A DNA stretch of 64,000 bases from NCBI GenBank assembly GCA_012729455.1, contig JAAYDC010000012.1, positions 10,965 through 74,964 of the forward strand. The letters run 5' to 3'. The position numbers and the translations under genes were made by a program. This DNA is from Chloroflexota bacterium (GTDB lineage: Bacteria > Chloroflexota > Anaerolineae > UBA1429). Below the pieces are notes generated by a model. It did not search any database, had not been told where the DNA came from, and saw only the letters and a program-made list of their open reading frames with translations. This document shows positions 38,714 through 46,925 of the stretch, in pieces (within the stretch, counting starts at the first letter, position 1; each line of letters begins with the position of its first letter).

Positions 38714-39639
38714 TTCTGCTCTCCCTGGCGCACTCGACGCGCCCTTCTGATCAGACGGCCCATTATCATACTTTGCAATCCCAGTCCCTCCGGTTCATCG
38801 GGTTCCTGGCTCTGGTTATCAGGCGTGTTGCTTGAACGCAGCCGCGTCAGCTCTTTGTCAATCAGCTCCTGCTCACCTTGCTGCAGACGCGCTCGCCAGA
38901 GCTGCAATTCGGTTATGGTGCGCGCCAGCCAGGCATCCAGATGAACGTTATTTTCGGTCAATGCGCCGACAGAAGCTTCTGGTAAATCGTCAGCAAATTC
39001 CCTGGCCCACTCGGCCATCTCACCCAGGGCCAGCGAACGGTCTGGCCAGCCAGCCGGATCCTGCCAGACGCTCAACAACGCCAGCGAAACGACCGCCGGC
39101 AGCTGTTCGCAAGCCGCCAGCAGGCTATCGAACTCTTCGGGTGCACAAAAACGCGGTTTGGCGCCGATCCCTTCGGCCAGTTTAGCAACGGTACGCAAGC
39201 CAGTCTCGCTGCTTTCGGGTGCCGCAGCGATGAACAAGGCCGCGCCGTTCAATGGTTCAGCCTCAGGTGTGCGTACCGGCACCAGACGGGCACGCAGGAT
39301 GCGCAGGTGCGTGGGCAGCTGAGCGCTCAGGGCATCCCAGGTGGCCTGGCTGAGGGGTGTAAGGATGACAAGCAATGTGTTTTCGGCTAGGCTCTCTGCA
39401 ATCGAACTCAGAGTCAGTTCAAGCTGAGCAAAGGAGACAGCCACCAGCACGATATCCGAGCCCTCACAGGAGGCCGGCAGGTTCCAGTGTGTACGATCGA
39501 CCGCACCCATTTTTTTGGCCTGCGCCGAGAGATCCGTATCCGGGTCGTGCCCGACCACGGTCAGGTTGGGATAGGCATTCTTGATCGCCAACCCCAGAGA
39601 AGCCGGTATCTGTGACAGGCCAATGATGGTGAGTGACAT
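38710..39639 (-). CDS. prephenate/arogenate dehydrogenase-like (TyrA-fold) protein, catalytic His motif not evident
   Basis: The N-terminal TIIGLSQIPASLGLA resembles the TyrA Rossmann G-x-G-x-x-G, and the C-terminal helical region has LPAVVSLALL. No HPM(A/F)G catalytic signature was found, and the C-terminal tail is Gln/Glu-rich. Confidence 0.45.
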   Translation of the reverse strand: MSLTIIGLSQIPASLGLAIKNAYPNLTVVGHDPDTDLSAQAKKMGAVDRTHWNLPASCEGSDIVLVAVSFAQLELTLSSIAESLAENTLLVILTPLSQATWDALSAQLPTHLRILRARLVPVRTPEAEPLNGAALFIAAAPESSETGLRTVAKLAEGIGAKPRFCAPEEFDSLLAACEQLPAVVSLALLSVWQDPAGWPDRSLALGEMAEWAREFADDLPEASVGALTENNVHLDAWLARTITELQLWRARLQQGEQELIDKELTRLRSSNTPDNQSQEPDEPEGLGLQSMIMGRLIRRARRVRQGEQK

Positions 39640-39651
39640 CGGATGTTACCC

Positions 39652-40173
39652 TTAGCTCGCGGCATCGGCAGCTTGGAGGGCTGCCAACTCGGCATCATCT
39701 GTCATAATACCCCCGCACGGCGTGCTTTTCAAGCTGTGATTGCGGATCAACCAGACCGTACGAGGGCTGCAGCCTGAGCGCTGAGCCAACTCGGCGCCGA
39801 TCGCTTCGTGATGCAGCGCAGCGTAAAAGGGCGCCGACCAGCGGTTACGGCCATCGCCGGCCAGACGCTGCAGCAGGCGCGGCGACAGGCGCCCGAGCAG
39901 CACCACCAGTGTACGATGCACCAGGGTAATGCCGGCATCTGCTTTACCAACGTCGTGCAGCAGAGCTGCCTGCGCCAGATCGGGAGATACCGTACCCGCT
40001 TGCCTGAGTGCCGCCAGCACCCTCTGCGCGTGCGCCTGGTCGAACGGAGAAAGGCGCTCATAGAGCGCTTGTGCCGCGGGGCTGAGCTCACCGGGAGGCT
40101 GCGTATCGGTCATACGCACGCGTGGCGTCAGGAGGTGACGGAACCCCTGCCTCAGGCGTTGGATAACACCCAT
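39652..40173 (-). CDS. HD-domain protein (metal-dependent phosphohydrolase)
   Basis: It has the HD motif LLHDVGK and further downstream His/Asp residues. The start is uncertain, either 40173 or the ATG at 40113. Confidence 0.55.
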   Translation of the reverse strand: MGVIQRLRQGFRHLLTPRVRMTDTQPPGELSPAAQALYERLSPFDQAHAQRVLAALRQAGTVSPDLAQAALLHDVGKADAGITLVHRTLVVLLGRLSPRLLQRLAGDGRNRWSAPFYAALHHEAIGAELAQRSGCSPRTVWLIRNHSLKSTPCGGIMTDDAELAALQAADAAS

Positions 40174-40177
40174 CGCG

Positions 40178-40921
40178 TTACAAGAGATAGCCGGTGATCA
40201 GCAAGACCAGGCGGCTGGCCGGCCAGTAGATCAACCTGGATAACAGGTTCAGGCTGGTGAATTGCGAAAGCATCAGCAGACCGATCAGGATCATCCAGCC
40301 ATAGCGCGCCAGACCCTCCACCCAATTGAGGGCCCGCCAGACCTGCTCGCCGGGGATCAGGCTGATCAGCCCAATCAGGATACTAAAGCCGTCCAGCGGC
40401 GGAATCGGCAGCAGGTTGAACATCGCCAGGAAGGAATTCATCAGCGTGATGGTGAGCAGGAGCTGCCCCAGCCAAAGCGGCATGGAGAAAAAGCGCAGCC
40501 AAATGCCCGCCAATGTGGCCACCAGAATGTTGCTCGCCGGCCCTGCCAGCGCGACCAGCGCGCTCCCAAGGCGGCGCCCATACTTTAGGCGGTTGGGATT
40601 GACGGGCGTAGGCCTGCCCCAGCCGATACCAACGCCCGTCGCCAGCGTGACGGCCATCATGGCGGTGCCGGCCGGGTCTAGCTGGCGCAGCGGGTTGAGC
40701 GAGATGCGCCCCTGCAGCTTTGCCGTAGGATCCCCCAGAAGGTTGGCCATCCAGGCGTGGCTGCACTCGTGCACCGTTATGCCGATTACCAAAGACACAA
40801 TAATCGTCAGAAACGTGACCACACCCAGCTTGACGATGCCTAGCACAGCAAAAACCAGCCCCAGGACCACCCAGATGAGCTGGTCGCGGCGGATCGGAAG
40901 TTTATCATACCATTGTGTCAT
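40178..40921 (-). CDS. site-2 protease family zinc metalloprotease (membrane-embedded)
   Basis: It has the HExxH motif (HECSHAW) within a transmembrane helix, a later LDG motif, and multiple transmembrane segments. Confidence 0.75.
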   Translation of the reverse strand: MTQWYDKLPIRRDQLIWVVLGLVFAVLGIVKLGVVTFLTIIVSLVIGITVHECSHAWMANLLGDPTAKLQGRISLNPLRQLDPAGTAMMAVTLATGVGIGWGRPTPVNPNRLKYGRRLGSALVALAGPASNILVATLAGIWLRFFSMPLWLGQLLLTITLMNSFLAMFNLLPIPPLDGFSILIGLISLIPGEQVWRALNWVEGLARYGWMILIGLLMLSQFTSLNLLSRLIYWPASRLVLLITGYLL

Positions 40922-40942
40922 GCTGATATTATATGTCCCCAG

Positions 40943-41083
40943 TGCGGCCGCTCAAAAGAGGTCTGCCCGCAGAGAGCTCTTGCCCGGTTGGGGACCTCTT
41001 GGATATAATCCTGCTGTTATGAGCCGTTAACTCAGTCGGCAAGCACCTGCCTTTTAGGCAGGGTTAGAGTCCCACACAGCTCG
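40943..41083 (+). repeat. left direct repeat: degenerate copy of the tRNA-Lys promoter plus a truncated pseudo-tRNA-Lys (41021-41083)
   Basis: About 141 nt, roughly 88% identical to 42641-42792. It keeps TTGCCC-18-TATAAT and then GAGCCGTTAACTCAGTCGGCAAGCACCTGCCTTTTAGGCAGG.... The tRNA part carries substitutions in the D-arm and anticodon loop and lacks about 9 nt of the variable/T-arm, so it cannot fold as a functional tRNA. Confidence 0.7.
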
Positions 41084-41169
41084 CCAGGGAAGGCCAGCAC
41101 ACCTTACTTGGTACATAGGCTAACCTATACGGCAGTATAGATCCGGCAATCATTTCCGATAACTTTGCT

Positions 41170-41448
41170 CTGACAAACTTTCAGATTCGTTTCCTGCCCA
41201 ATGAAAACTACTTGTTCTACGCAGTGGGCGACGGACGAGCTCTCAGCCTGTGAGACTAACGACCACAGCACCATCACTGGCGGCTCAAGTATCCCGCCCG
41301 ACAAGGCCACGATGCTGGCTGACCTGAAGACCCGGATTGACTCCTTCATCCAGCAGACCAAGTCCGGTTTATCACCGGCGAACTCGATCTCGACGCCGAT
41401 TGGGACAGCTACAATGAAACAAGGCAGACTATAGAGCAGCGTATTTAG
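41170..41448 (+). pseudogene. remnant of a family-1 extracellular solute-binding lipoprotein (DUF3502-type C-terminus), frameshifted
   Basis: Two frames together read ...DKATMLADLKTRIDSFIQQTK / VRFITGELDLDADWDSYNETRQTIEQRI*, the characteristic C-terminal motif of Firmicutes sugar-binding lipoproteins. There is no N-terminal part, no start codon and no signal peptide. Confidence 0.35.
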
Positions 41449-41485
41449 CTGTCTTTTTATAAAAGCAAAAAGGAGTAATGTTGAA

Positions 41486-42531
41486 ATGATTGACTATACA
41501 CAGATCAAGACAAGCGAGTGCTCTGGAAAAGAACACAGAAAAGCCTATCTCGACGGGATACTTGCATGCCTTCACGAAAAGATGGACGCGTCCGCAGCCG
41601 TGCGTGACCGCTTTATGACGCCGGACGCCCTTACGCAGTCGCGCGAAGTGTACCGAAAGAAATATTATGACATGCTCGGTTGGCCTTTAACGGAGTTTAC
41701 ACACAACTACGAGCCGACTTTTAAAAAGGATCTAATCGAAGAGCTTTTCTGAAAATCTACCGTCTGACCATCGAAACGCTCCCAGGCGTGTGGTTCGAGG
41801 GCTTGATCTACGAACCCTCGCATCGCAGCGCAAAAGCGCCGCTCGTTGTTTTAAATCCCGGTGGCGGCTACTTTTGCGAGGATTTGATTGCGCATGGCGA
41901 TTTCGACGCGGGGCAATATAAAAACGTCGGCGGCAAATTCCTCGAGGCGGGCTGTGTCATCTACGCGCCGCAGTTCCTGATTTGGCACGACGAATCGGCC
42001 CCAGTGCCCCGCCAGTTCATCGACATACGGCTCAAAGCCATGGGCGGCAGCATCACGGCCGTCGAGGTATATAACACGATGCACGCACTCGACTATTTCA
42101 CCTCGCATGAGGAGGGCATCGACCCGGAGCGCATCGGCATGATGGGCCTTTCCTATGGCGGCTTTTACGCCTTGTACATTGCAGCCGCCGAGACTCGGAT
42201 TAAATCCACCTTCTCGTCCTGCTTTTTCTGCGACCGCTTTGGTACGGGAGATGAGCCCGGCAACTGCCGCTCCGACTGGCTCTGGCAGAACGCCGCATAC
42301 ACCTTCTTCGACGCCGAGGTTTCCGCTCTGATCGCGCCGCACGCGTTATATATCGAAGGCAACAAAGACGATATGTTCCCGCTTCCGCTCGTTTTAAGAG
42401 AGGAGGAGCGGTTAAAGCCATTTTATGCGGCTGCGGGCGCCCCTGAGAAGCTGATGTTCCACATCGGAGACGTCGGTCACGAGGTCGTATCCGGCGATAT
42501 CGGGGTAAACTTTTTCCTTGGGAATCTTTAA
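41486..42531 (+). pseudogene. alpha/beta-hydrolase (acetyl-xylan-esterase/dienelactone-hydrolase-like) with a frameshift at about 41745
   Basis: Track ORFs 41486-41752 and 41788-42531 are consecutive parts of one protein. The N-terminal part ends ...FKKDLIEELF*. Continuation in the +2 frame gives KIYRLTIETLPGVWFEGLIYEP...VVLNPGGG, a typical esterase N-domain. The sequence then runs on to the GLSYGG nucleophile elbow and a C-terminal Asp/His. The shift is in a TTTTCTGAAAA run. Confidence 0.55.
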
Positions 42532-42679
42532 GGATCAAGCGGTTTTTTTCGATTTAAAAGATACGAGATAATAGAAAACCTCCGTCATTTCTGCGGAGAG
42601 GATACGGAACTTTTGCCGACGCCGCTTTTCGCGCGGGAGCTGCGGCCGCTCAAAAGAGGTCTGCCCGCAGAGAGAGCTT

Positions 42680-42708
42680 TTGCCCGGTGGAGACCTCTTG
42701 GATATAAT
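42680..42708 (+). promoter_or_regulatory. sigma70-type promoter of tRNA-Lys (TTGCCC-17-TATAAT)
   Basis: It has a perfect -10 ending 11 nt before the mature tRNA 5' end. The same module is duplicated in degenerate form at 40980-41009. Confidence 0.45.
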
Positions 42709-42719
42709 CCTGCTGTTAT

Positions 42720-42792
42720 GAGCCGTTAGCTCAGTCGGTAGAGCACCTGCCTTTTAAGCAGGGCGTCGTGGGTTCGAGTCCCACACGGCTCA
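42720..42792 (+). tRNA. tRNA-Lys (anticodon TTT)
   Basis: A 73-nt cloverleaf: acceptor GAGCCGT/ACGGCTC, D-arm GCTCAGTCGGTAGAGC, anticodon stem-loop CCTGC-CUUUUAA-GCAGG (UUU), T-arm GTGGGTTCGAGTCCCAC, discriminator A. Confidence 0.9.
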
Positions 42793-42857
42793 TTTTTCTA
42801 TCCTCGCCTTTCATACAGAATGGTTGATATCTGGATAATCCCCATTATACTAGGCCC

Positions 42858-43874
42858 ATGAAGGTCTATCTGATCCATAACCCGGTTGCTGGCCAGCATG
42901 ATCATACTGCCGAGTTGGACGAGGTGGTCGCCTACCTCGGGCAACAGGGATGGGATGTGACCATCAAACGCACCCAAGACGAGAGCGACGCTACAGCCTT
43001 TGCCCGCGAAGCCGTTGACAACCACTGCGATATGGCGATTGCCGTGGGCGGCGACGGCACATTGGGCCAGGTCGCCAGCGGCCTAGCCAAGTCGGACGTA
43101 ACCCTCGGCCTAATTCCGGTGGGCACAGGCAATGTGTGGGCACGCTTGTTTAACATACCGATCTGGACGCCCACCAACCGCTCCGGACTGATGGATGCCG
43201 CCAAACTGCTGATCGATGGCAAGGTCAAGCGCATTGACCTGGGCAGGGTCAGAGACCGCTACTTTGTGCTGTACGCCGGGCTAGGAATCGACGCAGCCCT
43301 GGCCAACCAGGTCGAGCCGCATCGCGAGCTGCGTCGCAACCTGGGCAACGTGACCTATGTGGTAGCCGCTGCCAGCATGAGCCTGCAGATGCGCGGCACA
43401 CGCGCCACCATCGTGATCGATGGCCAGGTCACCCGCCAGCGCGTGCTGCTGGTGCTGGTGACCAACGTGCCGGTATACGGCACCGTCTGGGTGGCTCCGC
43501 AGGCCAAGCTTGATGACGGCTACCTGGATGTTTTCCTCTTCAAGGGTGAGAACGCCCTGGACGTGCTCTCACACACCGTTAAGATGATGGTGGGTTCCTC
43601 CGCCGGCGACCCCAGAATCGAGTATTACCGCGCCAAACGCGTCGAGGTGTACGGCACCAACCGCCTGCCGATCCAGGTCGATGGTGACCCCCTTGGTGAT
43701 ACACCGGCAATTATCAGCGTGGAACCCCAAACGTTGAATGTGCTCATCCCCACCAACACCCCGGACGGCTTTTTCGATGGCAATGAGAGCGCCAACCCGG
43801 GCTACTATACCCTGTTGCAGCGCATTCTGGATTCCGCGCGTAACGCCATCCCACATGAAGAAGACGCCGAATAA
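42858..43874 (+). CDS. diacylglycerol-kinase-family lipid kinase (YegS/DagK-like)
   Basis: It reads MKVYLIHNPVAGQ...IAVGGDGTLGQVASGL...IPVGTGNVWARLF, the DAGK catalytic domain with a GGDG motif. Confidence 0.8.
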   Translation: MKVYLIHNPVAGQHDHTAELDEVVAYLGQQGWDVTIKRTQDESDATAFAREAVDNHCDMAIAVGGDGTLGQVASGLAKSDVTLGLIPVGTGNVWARLFNIPIWTPTNRSGLMDAAKLLIDGKVKRIDLGRVRDRYFVLYAGLGIDAALANQVEPHRELRRNLGNVTYVVAAASMSLQMRGTRATIVIDGQVTRQRVLLVLVTNVPVYGTVWVAPQAKLDDGYLDVFLFKGENALDVLSHTVKMMVGSSAGDPRIEYYRAKRVEVYGTNRLPIQVDGDPLGDTPAIISVEPQTLNVLIPTNTPDGFFDGNESANPGYYTLLQRILDSARNAIPHEEDAE

Positions 43875-43901
43875 GCGTTTCTTGAGCGCCGGGCTGGTAA
43901 A

Positions 43902-43930
43902 TTGTCGGATAGATTCCTCTGTGCTATACT
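43902..43930 (+). promoter_or_regulatory. candidate promoter for secG (TTGTCG-17-TATACT)
   Basis: The hexamers lie about 36 nt upstream of the TTG start at 43966. Confidence 0.3.
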
Positions 43931-43965
43931 GCTATGGTTTATCTTGACGGTTACGGAGGCACCTC

Positions 43966-44193
43966 TTGGCCACCTATCTAAATATCGCTCAGATTATCAT
44001 CGCCATCGCATTGATTGCCCTGGCTGTGTTACAGAGCCGCAACTCGTCGCTCGGCAGGATGTTTGGCGGAGACAGCTCGATCCACCGCACTCGCCGCGGC
44101 CCAGAAAAAATGCTCTTTAACGCTACAGTCATCCTGGCAGTTCTCTTTTTCGTCACCGCTTTTGCCAGTGTGATGCTGAGCCGGGGGGCCTGA
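43966..44193 (+). CDS. secG: preprotein translocase subunit SecG
   Basis: 75 aa with two transmembrane helices flanking a Gly/Ser-rich loop (LGRMFGGDSSIHRTRRGPEK), the SecG signature. It has a TTG start. Confidence 0.8.
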   Translation: MATYLNIAQIIIAIALIALAVLQSRNSSLGRMFGGDSSIHRTRRGPEKMLFNATVILAVLFFVTAFASVMLSRGA

Positions 44194-44204
44194 GGACAGC
44201 CCCA

Positions 44205-45875
44205 ATGGGACGCATCCGCATCCAGGTTGTGATTGCAGCTGTCGCAGTCATCCTCTTTCTCGCCGCCATGGCGTACCTGGCCCTCAACGTCACCACACAG
44301 CAAGTTGCTGATTACGGCGGCGTCTATGTCGAAGGCGTGGTGGGCAACCCGCAGGCGATCAACCCTATCCTGAGCCAGTCGAACGCGCTTGATCAGGACC
44401 TAGTGGCGCTCATCTTTAATGGCCTGACCAAAGTCGACGAGCATGGCCAGATCATGCCCGACCTGGCTGAGCGCTGGGATATCTCGCCAGACGGCTCCAC
44501 CTATACCTTTTACCTGCGCGAAAACGTGCGCTGGCATGACGGCGCGCCTTTTAGCGCCAGCGACGTCGTCTTTACGCTCAACGCCATTCAAAACCCAGGC
44601 TATCAGGGGATGACCTACCTCTCGGACCTGTGGCGTAATGTGACGATCGAACAGGTCGACCAGCTGACGGTGCGCTTCAAGCTGCGTGAACCCTATGTGC
44701 CCTTTCTCGAATACACCACGATCGGCATCCTGCCGGTGCATCTTTTGGGCAATGTGCCCATCGCTACATTGGCCGAAGCCCGCTTTAACACCGAGCCGAT
44801 CGGCACGGGCCCCTACAAAGTAGCCGAGGTGAACGCCCGCAAGATCGCCCTGGTGGCCAACCAGGATTATTTCCGCACGCGGCCCTATCTCGACCGCATC
44901 GAGTTTGTGTTTTACCCCAACGATGAGGCTGTCTTTGAGGCGCGCAAACGCGGCGAGATCTCGGGCATCAGCCGCGTACTGCCCAGCAACCTGGATGAAG
45001 TGCGCAAAGACAAGTCGCTCGACCTCTACTCGTCGCCCCTTTCTGGCTATACCATCATTTACCTGAACCTCGACAAGGCCGTCTTTCAGGATGTGGCCGT
45101 GCGCCAGGCGATGATGTGGGCTATTGACCGCCAGCAGCTGGTCGATAGCATCCTAGGCGGCCAGGGCATTGTGATCGACAGCCCGATCATGCCCAACACC
45201 TGGGCCTTTGCCGGCGATGTGGGCGGTTATACCTATGACCCGGCCAAGGCCAAAGCCCTGCTGGCGGCAGCCGGCTGGGAAGACGAGGATAACGACCGTA
45301 TCCTGGAAAAGGGCACCACCAAGCTCGAGTTCACACTGGCGACCAACGAAGACGACCCAGTGCGCATTGCCTTCATCCACGCCATCGCTGACCAGCTGGC
45401 CAAGGTAGGCATCAAGGTCACACCGGTGGCCTCGCCCTGGGAGACCCTGGTAGGCGATATGCTGCGGCGGCGCCAATACGACGCGCTGCTGGGCGGTTGG
45501 CAGAACCTGCCGGCCGACCCCGACCAGTATGCCTATTGGCATTCGTCGCAGGCCACCGAAGACGGGCTGAACTTTCCAAACTTTATCAATGCCGAAATTG
45601 ACACTCTGCTGGAACAGGCACGTGCCGAGCAAGACCAGGCCAAGCGTATTGAGCTATATCGCCGCTTTCAACAGCTGTTTATCGACCAGGTACCGTCGTT
45701 AATCTTGTATCAGCCGATCCATAACTATGCGGTCGATGCCAAGGTGAACGATATACAGATCGGCACGATGTTCAGCTCGGCCGATCGCTTTCGCACCGTG
45801 AGCGACTGGTACATGGTCACCCAGCGCGTCTTTCAAGATCAGGCAGCGACTCCGACAGCTCCGCAGCAGCCCTGA
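44205..45875 (+). CDS. ABC transporter substrate-binding protein, family 5 (peptide/oligosaccharide/nickel type)
   Basis: 556 aa with an N-terminal transmembrane/signal anchor. It reads YVEGVVGNPQAINPIL...LTKVDEHGQIMPDLAERWDISPDGSTYTFYLRENVRWHDGAPF, the classic SBP_bac_5. Confidence 0.85.
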   Translation: MGRIRIQVVIAAVAVILFLAAMAYLALNVTTQQVADYGGVYVEGVVGNPQAINPILSQSNALDQDLVALIFNGLTKVDEHGQIMPDLAERWDISPDGSTYTFYLRENVRWHDGAPFSASDVVFTLNAIQNPGYQGMTYLSDLWRNVTIEQVDQLTVRFKLREPYVPFLEYTTIGILPVHLLGNVPIATLAEARFNTEPIGTGPYKVAEVNARKIALVANQDYFRTRPYLDRIEFVFYPNDEAVFEARKRGEISGISRVLPSNLDEVRKDKSLDLYSSPLSGYTIIYLNLDKAVFQDVAVRQAMMWAIDRQQLVDSILGGQGIVIDSPIMPNTWAFAGDVGGYTYDPAKAKALLAAAGWEDEDNDRILEKGTTKLEFTLATNEDDPVRIAFIHAIADQLAKVGIKVTPVASPWETLVGDMLRRRQYDALLGGWQNLPADPDQYAYWHSSQATEDGLNFPNFINAEIDTLLEQARAEQDQAKRIELYRRFQQLFIDQVPSLILYQPIHNYAVDAKVNDIQIGTMFSSADRFRTVSDWYMVTQRVFQDQAATPTAPQQP

Positions 45876-45928
45876 CCCTGGTTTTCCGCTCCCGCCGCAT
45901 CCGGATCAGAGCGTGCAGGTATTGATGC

Positions 45929-46270
45929 ATGCATGAGTTAGCCGTTACCGAGAGTATCATCAGCGTGGTCGAGCGCCATGCCCGCGAAGCTCAAGCGCAG
46001 CGCGTGTTAAGGATCCACCTGCGCATCGGTGAGCTGGCCAGCATCGTGGATGACAGCGTCCAGTTTTACTTTGACCAGCTCAGCCCCGGGACGCTCGCGG
46101 AAGGCGCACAGCTCGTTTTCGAGCGGTTACCGATCAGTCTGCGCTGCAGAGCCTGCGGACATTGCTGGCAGCCCAGCGCGGGCGACTGGACCTGCCCCGC
46201 GTGCGGAGCCTCTAAGGCGGCCCTTGCGGGCGGCAATGAGTTTCAGATCGACCACATCGAGGTGGAATAG
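45929..46270 (+). CDS. hypA: hydrogenase maturation nickel metallochaperone HypA
   Basis: 113 aa reading MHE...ESIISVVE...CRACGHCW....CPACG, with the N-terminal MHE Ni site and the Zn CxxC...CxxC. Confidence 0.9.
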   Translation: MHELAVTESIISVVERHAREAQAQRVLRIHLRIGELASIVDDSVQFYFDQLSPGTLAEGAQLVFERLPISLRCRACGHCWQPSAGDWTCPACGASKAALAGGNEFQIDHIEVE

Positions 46271-46274
46271 CAAG

Positions 46275-46925
46275 ATGATCAAACAGATCAGTGTGGACGA
46301 ACGCATTCTAAGCGCTAACGACCTCGCCGCCGCCGAAAACCGTGCATTGCTGCACCAGCACAGTGTGCACATGGTCAACGTCATGGCAGCTCCTGGCTCC
46401 GGCAAGACCTGCCTGCTGCTGGCTGCCATTCGCGGGCTCAAGGATCAGGTGCGGGTAGGCGTGATCGAGGGCGACATCGCCTCGGATATCGACACCGTCA
46501 AAATGCGCCAGGAAGGTGTGCCGGCGGTGCAGATCAACACCGGCGGCGGCTGCCACCTGGATGCCCTCCAGGTGCGTAAGGCTCTCGAGCAGCTCCCGCT
46601 GGATGAGATCGACCTGCTGTTTGTCGAGAACGTGGGCAACCTGATCTGCCCAGTCGGCTTTGACCTGGGTGAAACGACCCGCATGGCGATCGCCAGCATC
46701 CCTGAAGGGGACGACAAGCCGCTCAAATACCCCTCGATCTTTCACAAGGTAGATGCTCTGGTGATCAGCAAGATCGACTTGTTACCCTATATCGCTTTCG
46801 ACCTGCCCGAATATCGCCGCCTGGTGGCCAGCATCCAGCCAGAACTGCGAGTGTTCGAGACCTCGGTAGTGACGGGCGAAGGAATCTCAGCATGGGTGGA
46901 TTGGCTGCGCACGCTCAAGGCTTAA
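46275..46925 (+). CDS. hypB: hydrogenase nickel-incorporation GTPase HypB
   Basis: 216 aa from the ATG at 46275. It has a P-loop GSGKT, the CH motif GGGCH and ENVGNLICP. The track ORF 46029-46925 is over-extended in another context. Confidence 0.9.
   Translation: MIKQISVDERILSANDLAAAENRALLHQHSVHMVNVMAAPGSGKTCLLLAAIRGLKDQVRVGVIEGDIASDIDTVKMRQEGVPAVQINTGGGCHLDALQVRKALEQLPLDEIDLLFVENVGNLICPVGFDLGETTRMAIASIPEGDDKPLKYPSIFHKVDALVISKIDLLPYIAFDLPEYRRLVASIQPELRVFETSVVTGEGISAWVDWLRTLKA

Larger units (their letters stand above)
41084..42640. mobile_element. degraded low-GC horizontally acquired insert between tRNA-Lys-derived direct repeats
   Basis: GC drops to about 48-50% against about 65% in the flanks, with AT-rich codon usage and a strong AGGAG RBS. 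The content is a remnant of a Firmicutes-type DUF3502 substrate-binding-protein C-terminus plus a frameshifted alpha/beta hydrolase. No integrase or transposase remains. Confidence 0.45.

Noticed and set aside
41125-41434. ORFs 41125-41361 (-) and 41201-41434 (+) inside the low-GC insert
   Set aside because: The region is better explained as a frameshifted remnant of a DUF3502-type solute-binding protein C-terminus. The annotated ORFs have no start context or homology.
40943-42792. Direct repeats as an assembly artefact (collapsed or duplicated identical repeat)
   Set aside because: The two copies differ by about 10 substitutions and two indels, including a ~9-nt deletion in the pseudo-tRNA. 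Those differences argue for a genuine, aged duplication. Read-level confirmation is still advisable.
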